Of a DNA stretch of 64,000 bases, positions 27,501 to 41,034 are shown in pieces. Each line of letters starts with the position of its first letter. The first letter of the stretch is position 1. Origin of the DNA: Azolla caroliniana (Eukaryota > Plantae > Polypodiophyta); NCBI GenBank assembly GCA_043228905.1, contig JBHGNT010000001.1:36890001-36954000 (forward strand), in the 5' to 3' direction. A program made the position numbers and the translations under genes. The notes below the pieces were generated by a model that was not told the DNA's origin, searched no databases, and was given only the letters and a program-made list of their open reading frames with translations.

Positions 27501-28107
27501 GTGTATTTTTCTCAACCGTGCCTTTCCTTCAAATAGGTGAAACAATGGATGAAAACCTTTGTTTTATTTCTTTCTTTCAACCATTTGTTTTCCTTCAAAA
27601 TGTTAAAAATATGGAAATTTTTCTCCGCATCCAAAGGCATGGATAGTAATGAACTGTGTTGGTAGTTAAGAATTAAAGAATTTTTTTTACCTCTTCTACG
27701 CGAGAGATTTCATCAGAAGAAGCAGAAGCACCACGGTCCAAAGGAGAAATGGCTTCCAAAAGCTTGACTTTGAGAGCTTCTCTGTCTTTCGTCTTCTTGT
27801 TGGGAGTAAAGAGATTTGGGAAGATGGAAAATGCTGAGCGTACAACCAACGTAGGATTCTTCGGACTTCTTACATTCTGGCTTGACACTGAACGAGATCT
27901 CTGCTGCACATTAGAAGGTCGAGATACGTCGGAGAGAGAAGAAGGAGAGCGGAGGGGGAGGTGATTAGATAAGGCAGAAGGAAATCCTAATCGAGCAGAC
28001 TGTGGAAGGAGGGTGTTCTCGAGAGGAGAAGAAGAAGGAGAAGGAGAAAGAGAAAGCTTCATCGTCATCATCTCGATGGAGGAGCAGGAGGAAGAAGAAG
28101 AAAGCAT
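24534..28107 (-). CDS. Plastid-lipid-associated protein / fibrillin (FBN3/PAP4-like), 6 exons
   Basis: Ser/Pro-rich transit peptide, then [60 protein letters not shown] and [23 protein letters not shown]. Start ATG uncertain (28107 or ~28070). Confidence 0.9.
25380..25700 (+). mobile_element. Ty3/gypsy integrase remnant in a fibrillin intron
   Basis: [16 protein letters not shown] (~25470-25520, frameshifted) resembles the W..ISMDFV.GLP integrase motif. Confidence 0.5.
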
Positions 28108-28894
28108 GGACGGAAATGGCAACCTCACGAAGCAGGCCTGGCCTGTCTTTATTGAATTTACGGAAGTAGGCCTGTCTTTATTGAAATTTCTAAACCATAT
28201 GTTTCAGACGTTATCTTCATCATTGAGTCACTTAGAGGTTTAAGGTTTTAACATGTCAGGGCTATTTAACTACGCTTAGTTAACACCAGTTCCGGCATTT
28301 TACTTTAACTGCTAAAACTAATTAGATAGACGCTATTATAGTCGATATTGTAAGGGACAGTAAGCTTTGTACCCGACCATATTAGATAGGTTAAGCTAAT
28401 GTATAACCTAAAAATATAGTTTATGCCATTTAAGCTTGGATTTTGAAGTGATTGGGTGGGAGCTCCAATGTTGATTTCAATCATTTTGAAAATGCACTTG
28501 CAATTTCTCTTAAATATACATACATTCCTATATAGGTGTTGTCCCTTTTTTGGAAGTTACCTATATTTATGTCTGCTCGGTCAGACATACATATAGGTGT
28601 GTGAACATGTCATTTACCTTGAGAACCAGCCAGACCACGTCCGAGGTGCAACAGAGAACCAGAGAACCGTTGTGGGAAGGCTTTCATGTCTCTTCTAGAA
28701 CAACCAAGCTTGACTGTCATGAGAAAGACCAAATTTGACAGCATCTCTTCGCGCCTAGATCTCATGTGACTGACTTGAGTTTATAATTTGTTAAAAATAA
28801 AAAGACTTCAACATCAAGGGACTCTTCAAATTGATCTTGCCAAACTTTCTAGTTCCATCAACAATATCTATCAATGCCAGAGCCTCTTTTCTTT

Positions 28895-31294
28895 CTAAAG
28901 CATGTCACTACTGACAATTTTGATTTTTAAGTTTTCGCCATTAAGTTCTTCCTCAAACCATATCTCCTTTCCACCTTCAGTAGAGAAACTTTGTTTCCTT
29001 GTTGCAGCATGGATGTTTGACAGAACAACATATGCACCTAAATTCTTTGGTTCTATTTTCCTAAGTTTTTCGGCTGCTAATTTCCCCTTTTCAAGGTCAT
29101 TATGCAGTTTGCAAGAACTCAAGTAGCTCATCCACACCATCCCAGTTGGTGGAATAGACATCTCTTTGATAAATTTCTCTGCTGCCTCCAGCTGCCCAGC
29201 ACGTCCAAGAAGATCAACCATGCAAATATAGTGCTCAATACTAGGACAAATCTGATACTTTGCTTCCATAGACTCAAAGTAATGATGACCTAACTCAACT
29301 AGACCAGCATGGCTACATGCATTGATAAGACTAACGAAGGTGAAAGCGTTTGGGATCAATTTCTCTGCCTCCATTGAACGATAAAGCTGGAGAGCTTGTT
29401 TGCCATATCCCTGTTGCGCATATGCAGCCAGCATCACATTCCAAAAGACAATATCTTTATCAATAACACTAAGAAATATCATATATGCTTCTCTCAAGCT
29501 CCCACATTTTCCATACATGTTGACTATTGCAGTTCCTATGTCTCTGTCTAAAAATATTCCCATCTGGACGATAAAGTAATGTACAAGCTTCCCATCAGCT
29601 AAAGCCGATAAGGCTGCACATGCATCCAGAACACTTATAAAGGTGATAGCATTAGGTGTAACTCTACACTCTAACATCTTTGCAAAGCAAAGTAATGCAT
29701 CTTTTCCATAATTATGTTGTGTATATGCTCCGATCATAGCCGTCCATGCAATTACATCTGGCTCACGCAATTTCTTAAATAATACAATAGAATCTTCGAG
29801 TTGGCCACAATTGTTGTACATACTGAGAAGAGTGTTTCCCACAATGATGGTGTCTAATGACACTTCACAGCAAACTATGGAGAAATGGATTAATCTTCCT
29901 TTCTTTTGAAATGTTGGGTCTGTGCAAGCATCTAAGGCTGCGATATACGTTACTTCGTTCGGCCTTACTTTGGACATCATCATTTTACCAAATACCTCCA
30001 ATGCCTCTCTAGGATACCCATGCTGAGAAAATGAAGATATTATCGCTGTCCATGAAACCACATTCTTCTCCAACATCTTTTCAAAGATGCATTTTGCATC
30101 TATCACACTCCCATATTTCCCATACATATTGAGGAGGGCAGTCTCAATCACGATATCCAATTTGATTGCATTTTCCACAATCATACCATGTATCAACCGG
30201 CCTTCATCTGCTGCCTTTTCCTTAGAATAGGCATCAAGAACACTAACAAAAGTTATTTTGTTAGGCTTCAGACCTTTGCTATATGCTCGCTTGAACATTT
30301 CAATGGCATCCTTACCATATCCTTGTTGTGCATATGCTGAAACTATTGCGTTCCACGAAACCATATCATGTTCATGCATCTTGTTAAATACACTCATTGC
30401 TTCCTCCACACAACCACACCGCCCATACATACTTATAAGTGAATTCCCTATAACCCGATCAGATTCCAAACCATTGCTTTGTATTAATGCATGAACCTCT
30501 TTGCCTTTAGCCAATGAAGCAGGACCCTTGAAAACATTAAGCAGACTAATGAAAGTGATAAAATTTGGTTTCACACCACTAGATTGCATTTCTCGGAATG
30601 TCTGAAAAGCTCTCTTACCATCATCATCATCATCATCATCATGTGCATTGATCATAGTTGTCCATGAGACAACATCTCGAACAGACATCAATAAAAACAC
30701 TCTCTCGGTATCAGTCAAACTCCCACACTTATTATACAAATTCAACAATGCATTTCCCACAAATAAATCTGAGTCCAAATCTTGCTCCACGATAAAAGAA
30801 TGAAGTAACATTGAATCTATCAAACAAGCATTCTGTGAGGCTGCAGCTAGCAACTTTATAAATGTTATTTTGTTAGGCTTAACATCTCCTCTTTCAATCA
30901 TTCGTGTGAAAAACAAGAATACATCAAGTATGTGGCCATGGTTAATACATATTGCAATAATGGCATTCCAGGATGTTACATTCTTATGTACGATTCCATG
31001 GAATACGGCACAAGCATCTTCAAAACAGGCAAATCTTGCATAGATTTCAATCACATTATCGCAAAGCTCCACATGATGATCAAAACCTGCGATGACTACA
31101 AGAGAGAAGAAACATTTGAGCAAACACAAGGAAGGAATGTGATTTGTTGCTGTACATAGAAGAGAATACGAAAGAATATCCTCTTCGGAGCCATTTAAGA
31201 TTCTCCCAAGTGCCTCTTCTAGGGATGAGACATGAGCATACCTCTTTCTGAGAGAGTTCAGGTTTTGACGGAAGACAGAACAAAAAACTCTCAT
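28895..31294 (-). CDS. PLS-class pentatricopeptide repeat protein with E domain, no DYW (organellar RNA-editing factor candidate), single exon, 799 aa
   Basis: Repeated VGNALLNLYNKCG / DVVSWTTMI / PNFITFISLL triplets, then ACSHAGLV, IEHYICMVDLLGRAGQL, WMSYLSSCKLH and YVVLSNI. Confidence 0.95.
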   Translation of the reverse strand: MRVFCSVFRQNLNSLRKRYAHVSSLEEALGRILNGSEEDILSYSLLCTATNHIPSLCLLKCFFSLVVIAGFDHHVELCDNVIEIYARFACFEDACAVFHGIVHKNVTSWNAIIAICINHGHILDVFLFFTRMIERGDVKPNKITFIKLLAAASQNACLIDSMLLHSFIVEQDLDSDLFVGNALLNLYNKCGSLTDTERVFLLMSVRDVVSWTTMINAHDDDDDDDGKRAFQTFREMQSSGVKPNFITFISLLNVFKGPASLAKGKEVHALIQSNGLESDRVIGNSLISMYGRCGCVEEAMSVFNKMHEHDMVSWNAIVSAYAQQGYGKDAIEMFKRAYSKGLKPNKITFVSVLDAYSKEKAADEGRLIHGMIVENAIKLDIVIETALLNMYGKYGSVIDAKCIFEKMLEKNVVSWTAIISSFSQHGYPREALEVFGKMMMSKVRPNEVTYIAALDACTDPTFQKKGRLIHFSIVCCEVSLDTIIVGNTLLSMYNNCGQLEDSIVLFKKLREPDVIAWTAMIGAYTQHNYGKDALLCFAKMLECRVTPNAITFISVLDACAALSALADGKLVHYFIVQMGIFLDRDIGTAIVNMYGKCGSLREAYMIFLSVIDKDIVFWNVMLAAYAQQGYGKQALQLYRSMEAEKLIPNAFTFVSLINACSHAGLVELGHHYFESMEAKYQICPSIEHYICMVDLLGRAGQLEAAEKFIKEMSIPPTGMVWMSYLSSCKLHNDLEKGKLAAEKLRKIEPKNLGAYVVLSNIHAATRKQSFSTEGGKEIWFEEELNGENLKIKIVSSDML

Positions 31295-32333
31295 GCTTTT
31301 TTCTTCCTCTTCTTTTTCCTCCTGATTAAGTCAAAGCCCACCATGAAAGCAAGGGAGATATGGTCTTTCTGTGATTCTCTTCTCTGCATGCTAAACCATG
31401 GTTCAATTCGTTTCGGCGGTTTGTCAGGGTTTAAGGTTAGGGTTTGTTACGCATATAGGGTTGAGGGATTGATACGCGGTTAGGACAGGAAGCCAAGATA
31501 TTTGTGGGTTTCAGGGTTAAAAATGTGTGTTTTATGTTTGCAAATGGTTCAAAATGGTGCTGCGTACCAGAATAACAAGATTGATGGCTAGTCTCAGGGT
31601 TTAGCATGTTTCACATTCATCGTATTTCGCACCTTTCCATGCTCATGACTAGAATAAGAATGTCTTTGTGACCCTTTCATTGACTGAAGTTCAGGAACAC
31701 ATTCACAAATCCAAGGATAAGATAGAATGTCTATGTGATTTAATTGGGCAACTACGTCATTAATATTATTATCACGTAGGTTTTTTATTCTAACAAACAG
31801 ATTTTATGCCACGTCGTATTCCAAACATAAAATTTCACACATGGACCTCCGAACAAATAAATTCCCCTCGCCAAAAGCTACAAAATCCAACACAATCAAT
31901 TCTTTCTTGATATTTTGTAAATCGATAACAATCTCCTAAACAACTCCCATACCATTGAAAGCAAATAAAAACAACTGTTAATCATTTTTTCAAACCTACC
32001 AATCCACATATAACAGTTTGACGATTCGACAAACTTATCGCAAACTTTTTATCAATAGATATCATATAAATAAATGTAAGTATCTATAAAAAGTGCACCA
32101 TGGTTGTCGTAATTTAGAGATGGTCCATGGTAGAGAACCATTACTCTTTATTATAATAACCAAAGCCACATTTACAGGTAATTATAGACACAATCAACAT
32201 TTCATTTAAATTACGGCATCCAACATCTAATTCAAATGGAGAAAGATTAACAACTTATGTAAATGTGGAGAGCTCTTTAACATTAACCTAGTTCTCGTTA
32301 CAAATGGCATTGCTAGAAAAATCGACAAAACTT

Positions 32334-35300
32334 TTATCCGTATCCAATTATTTTTGTTACTATTCCTACTGCCAATGTCTTTCCTCGATCCCGTAGTGTC
32401 GCTCTCCCTAATCCCTTATATCTTAAATACTCTTCAACGCATATTCCACGCTCAGGTGTGACCTGCGCAATCAAGAACAGAATAGACATCAGACAAGTAG
32501 GTGACATGCCTTGACGTGAATACACAAACAGCTTGTATAAGGTGGCTTGATAGACTCAACCAAAGAAGTCTTAAATATCAATAATTGCACCAACACAAAT
32601 CTCCTTTGGAAGTGGGTAGGTCTTCTTTTCTAGGTAGTGGTTTGTTTTATTATGTAACAATAATAATGCAACGTACACTGGCTATGAAAGATTTTAGTGT
32701 CTAGATCCTCTATTCTGACTTCTCATGCACAATATTCACACATGTGCTACCGATTATTCGTACACAACAAAAATAATGTTTCACCTATAGCTCCTACCTC
32801 AATGATAGCACGTTGATTCGCAAGTAGACAACGAGGTTTCTTGTTCGGCATAACTTGCCCCTTCTGATCAAGCAATGACACCAGTTGTGTAATCTTAGCA
32901 GGTTCCTTGGCATGGTGGCAATGAAGAACCACCTTGCAAAAAAACATACGGATTCAGTGAATATACCTACCACAGGCATCCTAGATAGATATAACTAAAC
33001 GGTAGAGTAAGCACACACTTGTGAGCCACGAAGAAGAGGACCAGAAGTTTCTAGAAGAATCACTTTCAACTCAAGACTGCGAGCTTCTGGAACAGGGTAA
33101 TCTGGATGGCACAATACTCCGCCTTGAAATAAGCATCCTGGATCAACTCCTCCAAGCCCAATGTCAACATTATCTCCAGCTCTAGCACATATGTAAGGTT
33201 TTCCATTTTGCTCAATAGCCTTCACAGTTGCTGGTAAACTAGCAGGCATTACTAGGACCTAAACCATCAACATAGCTTAATTAATCTAACAGAGATATTT
33301 TAGGCCCTTTTAGTTTATCTATTCCTTTACATGTAAACCACATACCTTTGAACCAATTCTAATTGCTCCACCTTCAAGTTTTCCACTAACAGCAGTTTGA
33401 CCCAACGTGCGCGATTTTAGTGTTTCCGCAATAGGCATACGGAAAGGCTTTGCAAAATTCCTGATTGGTGCTTCAAATGAATCAATCAACTCTAGAAGAC
33501 TGGGACCTGAGAACCTGCAATTAAATATTGAAGATCTTTAAATTTTATACTTTCTCCTCTTTAAACTTAATACTTTAGTGCAGGGGAATTGCATTCCCTA
33601 CCTATGTCAGGGCCTAAACTCACTAGGCCAGGTTACTAGAAATATTATCCTAAGTTATAGCGACGCTATGATTTAATAAGGTAATAAGAAAACGTTATTG
33701 TCATTAAGCATGTTAGTCATTAAACATTCAAAACCTAAAGAGTCAAGTTCCAACCATGCCTTCAGCAGCTCATGTGACGGTGATGCCACCAAATTTTGGT
33801 TTTCCATTGCACTTAAAGGAATCCATTTAACCCCAGAATCCTTATATCCACACTGTCGTAAGAATGGATGCAATGTTTCTTTGATGTACTCAAACCTATT
33901 CTGAGAGTAATCTACAGCATCCATTTTGTTCACTGCTACTATAATTTGCTCTATCCCAAAACTTCGCACAAGCTGCATGTGTTCTCTGGTCTGACCTTCT
34001 CCTCCTCCTTCCCCCTCCATTCCTGCTTCGAAAGCTCCAGTTGTGGCATCCACCACTAGAACTGCAGCATCTGCTTGTGAAGCACCAGATATCATATTTG
34101 GAACAAAATCTCTGTGTCCAGGAGAATCAAGTAGAATGACTCGAAATTTAGGCGTTTCAAAATATGACACTGCAACAGTCATTGTTATCCCTCTTGCCCT
34201 TTCTTCTGAGCTCTCATCAAGCACCCAAGCATACGAGAATGATCCTTTTCCCTGTTCCATACATGATAAGCCAACTATATTCGAAGAATTGCCTTCATTG
34301 ATGTGAAACATCCATAACAAGTGTTTCACGGGGCAAAGCAAAAATATAAAAAAAGAATCATGATTCCATACCGATTGCTTTGCTTCCTTCTCGTATTTGT
34401 GCATTTCTTTTTGTGACACAACACCAAGAATATGAAGAATTCTTCCCATCAATGTTGATTTACCTGCATCAACATGTCCAACCTATACCAGATATTTCAG
34501 ATCCTAGAATCAGTTGTACATTTGGAAATGGGAGTAAATTGCATCATTGATAATGTTTGAGCCTTTATTGATAACTCACAATGGCTAAATGCAGAAGCTG
34601 TTTCGTCTCTTGATTGAATGCCTCAAGCATCCAACTCTCTGGCTGATATGAATCCAATGGAACTCCTGTCGTTTTCTTGTGCTCTCTATCTCTATGAAAC
34701 CCTATTGATTTTAGCTTCTCAATAGTTTGAGAATCTATGTCCTGTTTATCTTCAATAGCAAGTTCCTCAGAAGCTTTAGCTTTTGATTCCTTCAGGTGAA
34801 CTGAACTCCTTGATGGTATTGTACTCTTTGATGGTAGTGTACTCTTTGATGGTACTTTCACTGTAAACATCAAAGGAAATCAAAGCATATTTTTTAAGTA
34901 TAATAAATGCACAAACAAATGCCAGCACATGGAGTGTGATGTTAACATCATATACTACAAAGATGCAATAACTTTATGAAAGACAAATAGTAAATCTGGT
35001 CAGAAATGCCAAAAAAGATGGGATGCACAATTGAGGAATAAAGTTAAATAGAAAGTCGCATTTTTAGCCTAAAAAGAAAGGTTTCTATTGGGTAATTCTC
35101 TGAAAATCCTTAGAGACATGAAAGTCCATGTTTTTACAGATTTCATAGCTTTACAGAAAATGAGCCTGGTAAATTTATTGATATAAAACAAATGCGAGAT
35201 GATGTTTTTTCTAATAAATTTTAGAATTCTAAACCATTAAAATGAAGGAGAACGTGAATCTTAATATCAGCCAAACACATGGGAACCTGGGCTTTTTTAA

Positions 35301-36816
35301 TACCTTTGTATACTCTGTTCTAAGACTAAAAATAGTTAAATCAAATGAGAGACAATGAAACGTTGCTAAAACAGGAATGTACAGGTAGGGAAACATACCA
35401 AGCTTCACATCTAGCATTATTCTCAATTATGCAAACCATTATCTAACTAATGCATAGAGAACCCATATCCACACATCCATGAAATGTAGAAATTAGGCAT
35501 CTTTTTCTAACTTAGAAAACATCATAAGGTTCATATTATAATGTGAAACTTAATGATGGAAAGTTAATCCATGGATGAATCTTTGTTTCAATGTCTACAG
35601 GTACTATGCAATAACCTTGGAAACTTAAAATGGTCTATTGTTGATGCAAACCATTATCTAGCTAATACAAAGATGACTCATCTCTACATCCAAGAATGTG
35701 TAGACATTCACTGAACCCAACCATCACCAAGCTAATCAACAGAGAACTCTTGATTCCACATCTAAGGACAGATAACAGGGTTTATCTTCTAATATTATAC
35801 TTGCTGATGCATACTATAATCTAGAATCGATAAGGAAAACGTGTCTAAATATCCTAGGAAACCTAGCAAGGTCTCTTTGTTTCAATATTCACGAATAGGG
35901 TTAAATGCAACAACTTTGGAGACATAGAATGGTCTATTCTAATGTTATACTCACTGATGAGAACTATTATCTAGATAGTTCGAAGAGAACTCTTGTCTCC
36001 ACATCCTTGAGAAGCATAATAAGGTCTATATTCTAACATTATATTCGTTGATGCCAACCATTATCTAGCTACTCCATAAGTAGCTCTTAACTCCACATCC
36101 AAAGAAGACGGCAAGGTCAATCTTCAAACATTACAACTCATGGATGCAAAATCCATAGCGAAATCATGTCTCCACGTCCACAGAAAACATATCAATGTTC
36201 ATATTCTAATATACTAGCTGATGCAAACGATTATTGATGATACAACCACAAACTACCTATTTGATGGGGAATACGTATTTCCATATCCAAGGAAATATGA
36301 CGAGGTTGTTGTCCTAACATTATACTGAATGATGCAAACCATTATCTAACGAATCCATAGGGAGCTTGTGTCTCCACCTAGACTACTGTGAAATAAATAA
36401 CATTTCTTTAACATTGATCTGAAGAATGATATCTGAGAGATTCACGTATGTCATAGCAATGAGAATCTTCGTGGTTATCTGAAGTACAGACAGACAACAT
36501 ATGGACTCCACAATTTGCAAAGGAATGAGCACAATTTCCAAAGAAAGAGCACAGGTGGCGAATAATGGGCAAAGTTCTCAAAGAAAGATCACATTTTCCA
36601 AAAGAAATGAACACAATTTGCAAAAGAATAATGTGTAGAATTTGCGAATAGAAAGATGGAGAACTGACCAGTAGGGTTGGCATTAGAGGCAAAGCTACTT
36701 TGTTCTTCCTCGTCTTCTCCATGATTATCATCGTCGTAGTAGTAGTCATCATCGAAGCCATCATCGTAGTCGTCCAGGTCGCCATAGGCAGTCTGATGTT
36801 TTCCTTTCCTTGGCAT
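32334..36816 (-). CDS. HBS1: HBS1-like translational GTPase (Pelota partner), ~8 exons
   Basis: N-terminus MPRKGK..DDYDDGFDDD; LLHLAIV-GHVDAGKST, GKGSFSYAWVLDESSEERARGIT, LDSPGHRDFVPNMISGA, NKMD; C-terminus GLGRATLRDRGKTLAVGIVT. Confidence 0.92.
35425..36380. repeat. Old degenerate minisatellite (~80-95-bp core, about 9-10 copies) in HBS1 intron 1
   Basis: Recurring GATGCAAACCATTATCTA...CTCCACATCC variants at ~35430, 35643, 35716, 35805, 35957, 36050, 36143, 36220 and 36331. Confidence 0.75.
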
Positions 36817-38359
36817 CTTCTCCAAAGTTTGTACAGAGAGTAGAACTTACGAAGAAAACATTTCATGTAAAAATGCGCTCTTTAGAAGCCATGATTCGTA
36901 CATGTAGATGATACATATATGTATGTATTATCATCACATCCATGGATGGATCATAACCCATCCACCGATGGATTGAGTTTAAAGCCTCTCCTATTGTGTC
37001 CCGCTTTCTGTATAACCTCAGCTTACCCTATTAACCGTTCGAGCCCATGTGACACGCGATCATTGCTTGCAATACACACGCTCACCATTGGATCAACATT
37101 CATGTTGATATGGCATCGTTGGCATGCTACCATTGCTCGCAACATACACACGAGACATACAACTCCTACTTGTCCTAGCCTGGTGGGATCAGAGCTAGAG
37201 TTTGTGCCTTGTAGCTAAGCTCTCGTTTAGAGTGAACAACTGAACATAAATCGTTGTTGACGTTAAAGATGCAACAATGCTATGATGAATAGCTTCTTAA
37301 TGTTCATTATGTTGATGTTAGACATGACCAACACAATGTCATTCTTGTTGTTGTGGTGCATAATTGTGACTTTAGCCATGATATTCAGACAATTGGAAAT
37401 ACCAGCTGATTTCCCACAAGCATATATGTGCCTGACCTACGCCTCAAATCACAAGAATATTGGTACAAATGGCCAGGACTATTCGTTATCACAAAAGCAA
37501 ACCAAATGCATAGCTAAACAACACCTATTCAACTAATAGCAGAATAACACAAGGCATTCAAACTCTTTGATCGTTGCTTTACATGTTGCTCATTCTTTTT
37601 CTTGTAAGAATTTCATCTATTTTCGGTCATTTGAATTTCCAGTAGTGTTATCAAGATAGTACTCATGCAAACAAGGTATAACTATGAACAAGTTTTTTGT
37701 TCCATCATTTATAACATAACTTTTCATTTCACATGGATTGGATCACATTACACTTCTACATTCGGCAAACATAGCAACATGACAAAAGAATTAGGTAGTT
37801 ATACTTGCTTAAATTACATCAGCTGAAAATTTACCTTAGACTAATCATGAACATTCTGAAAACTGTTGGCATATTGAACAGTTTTCAGAATGCAACCATT
37901 CTAGCACTAAGGATTGTGAAAAGTTCATTTTTTGCACAAGGAAATGCTTCACAATATTTCCCAATGCTCCACAACACTTGGTAATCCACTTGACTAGTGT
38001 GAAAGACGCTAGTATCGCTCACAACACTTCAAATCTCATTCCATGATTATAATCACAAACCATTACTTGATTAGTTTGTCTAATTTAACCTCAAATCGTT
38101 CCAACTTTACACAAAGTGATAGCTATAATTGTATCCTACTATGGCTATCAACAAATGTGAGCACTTATTCTATTCACACATTCTTTTGCTCCTGAATAAA
38201 TGTGCTAAGAGCAAACAGAAACATTTACAAATAAGTCTTGCATCACAGCAGGACATGGATGTACTCATACTTCAAGCACTAAACTTCTTGGATAAAGGAT
38301 GGGATTAAAAGGTTGGGTTAATACCCTTCGATACAAAAACCAACCCTTCAAATGATAAT

Positions 38360-40597
38360 TTAAAGGATTTCCTTCAAAAATTGCACAACAAGATATATTA
38401 AGGCAACAAAGAGACCAATTTGGTACAAATCTCTCTGTGGATTGTTCTCAATCTGGTAAAACTGCGAAACAAAAACAAAAAACCTTTATAAGGCCTTCAA
38501 TGTCTCAATTGAAAAATGCATCGTTTGTTTTCTTTAGTACCACACAAATTGTACTCACTTACCTTGGTAGGGTCCTTTGGGTCTCTATATATAGTCTCAC
38601 TGTCTTCACTTTTTGTCAACTCAAACACTTTATCATCAATTCCCTTGATAATTGTTCCAAATGCATCTTTTCCATTTTCCGAGGCAGAATAAGCAAGTCT
38701 TGAAATCCAGAAATACAATTTGGCCAAGAGAGATGATCTTGATAGATCCCACTCTTCTACATGCTCCATAACCACCCCATTGACTTGATTGAGAGTAAAT
38801 GTACTATTAATTACCATGGAAAAGTCCCCAAAACTTGCAAACTTTGGTCTTCCTCTTAGAACCCATTTAACATTTAACTCGCTTGCTGATTTCATCGCCA
38901 TCTCCTGCACTGCCTGATGCAAAGCCCACCTGTGGTTTATGTAGACTTTTCATGAATCAAATCAATCTAGAAGAATGTTAATCTTGACTGTTGACCCTGA
39001 ATAAAATTTATTTAAGTGCAGAATATATGATGTGGTCAAGTCTTGAACTCACCACTGAAGGGTTATCGAGGCTATCTCTTATCCATGTGACTCTTTTATA
39101 CTTTTCTCTACCTGTGAATGAACGCAAGGGATCCTAAAACACAACAGACATATCTTTGGTGTGATAATCCAATCCACAAAAGGTAAAAGGTTTAAGCAAG
39201 TGTTTGACAGAAGCTAAAGTCTAAGAAAGCTTTTTGTAATTGACACAAGTTGAAGTCTTAAGAACGGTTTTTGTGTTTGACATACCTTGTACTTGACTGA
39301 AATAGCAAAGGTTCCGAGCGCACGATTTCCTTCTCTCATTGCAAGAATATCTCTCACCAGCTGGCGTACAGTTGCCTCCACAGATGGATTACTTACACCC
39401 TCAAACTCATCACATAGCTTTTCAAATGACATTAGATCGACTAATTTATCTGCTTGGGACCTCTCAACAGATTTGTCCATAGTAAATGATGTCTCATCCC
39501 TGCTGCGTGATGGTGTTGCATCACACACTGTTATACAGATCCAAGGTAAAGATATATTACTTGATCCTATGAGTCACTTAAACATCCATTATCGCAGTTA
39601 TGAATCAATCATTGACAAGAAACAAGTGTTTAATCAAGTCAGTTCCAAAAACAAGACTTTTATTTATATTGTAGGGTAAAACTCAAAAATAGCACAAAGA
39701 TCTTCTTTACTTCTCCGAATGCCACTATGTCTTCAGTCAACACCTCAAAGAAAGAAAAAAGGACGAATTGACCATATAGATTCTCAAATAGCACATGTTA
39801 TTGAGGTGAAGAGGGATGAGTTGACCATATTATTTCCTGAGCAGGGGTTTCTGAAGGCATTTGGGGAAGTAAGGAAAAAATTGCAGGAATTTCAGAATGT
39901 TTCCTTATTTTACATAGGAACCAAGTCCTTGGGCATTTGCACATTTTGGTGATTAATACAACAAAGTGTATTTGATGTCAAACCACCTTGACTTGGATGA
40001 ATATAGCAGGGTCTTACAGCATGAAACATGTGAAAAAGGTGTAATATAGCATTCTGTGTATACAACTAATTAGGTAACGTCACATGAAATAGAGAAATTC
40101 ATGTTGCATATAGACGCATATAACAGTTGAAAACAGTATTTTAAGGAAAAAGAAGAAATCATGTTTAATATAGACACATATATCAAGTGACAACAGTACT
40201 TATAGCATTTCTATGTAAACAAGTAGTGTGATAACCTAACACATGAATTTTGATAGAAAATAGAAGAATTCTTGTTCAATATGAACACATATAACAAGAA
40301 ACAATAGCGCTTTATAACATGACAATGCAGACAGCCAATGAGATAGCACATGAAATTTTGATTTAAGTACAACAAAATTCACAGAAAAAGACTGACCACA
40401 TGAAAACCTTAAAAAAATGCCCACGAGAATTAAAGTAAAAAAATAAAAAAGTATAATATTGAAGAGAAGAACATACCAGGACTTAACAGTTTGCTAGATG
40501 ACTTCTTGATCCCGAATCTAGATGAAAATGAGATTGATTTAGCAGTTAATCCAAAGGCTGTGAATGATGAAACAGTATTGGCCAAGCTAATTAGCAT
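38360..40597 (-). CDS. DUF2358 / NTF2-like plastid-targeted protein with C-terminal transmembrane helix, 5 exons
   Basis: Transit-peptide-like exon 1 (MLISLANTVSSFTAFG...), then MSFEKLCDEFEGVSNPSVEATVRQLVRDIL, YKDPLRSFTGREKY, LNVKWVLRGRP, EHVEEWDLS and QRDLYQIGLFVALIYLVVQFLKEIL*. Recalled similarity to Arabidopsis At1g65230-type proteins. Confidence 0.8.
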
Positions 40598-40742
40598 CGT
40601 TGATGTCGTTGATAGTATCCAAGAAAGAATCCTCCCAGACAGATTAGATTGCCCGCAGAAATCCAGAAAGAACCTTTCTTCTCAGAATAGGATGAAGTTG
40701 TGGGTAGGAAGAGAGATCAGGGATAAACCAACAAATGAACAC

Positions 40743-40779
<37 letters not shown>

Positions 40780-41034
40780 GGTCTCATAGAGTTATTTCGG
40801 CTCAGGCACCGGCGGAACCTCCTGACAGATTAGTATCACGGCAGGACACCTCATTACAAAAGTGTGTATCGACGACCTACATAGGCGAAGAGACCCACCT
40901 CATGAATACCCGGAATCTTTAAACCTCGATTTTTATGCTTTGTTTGGATCGAAACCAATCTATTGTCGGTCTAGAACTAGATGCCATTACTTGCTTTCAA
41001 GCGGGACAAGTCGTTATTGTCTTCTGTGTGGCAT

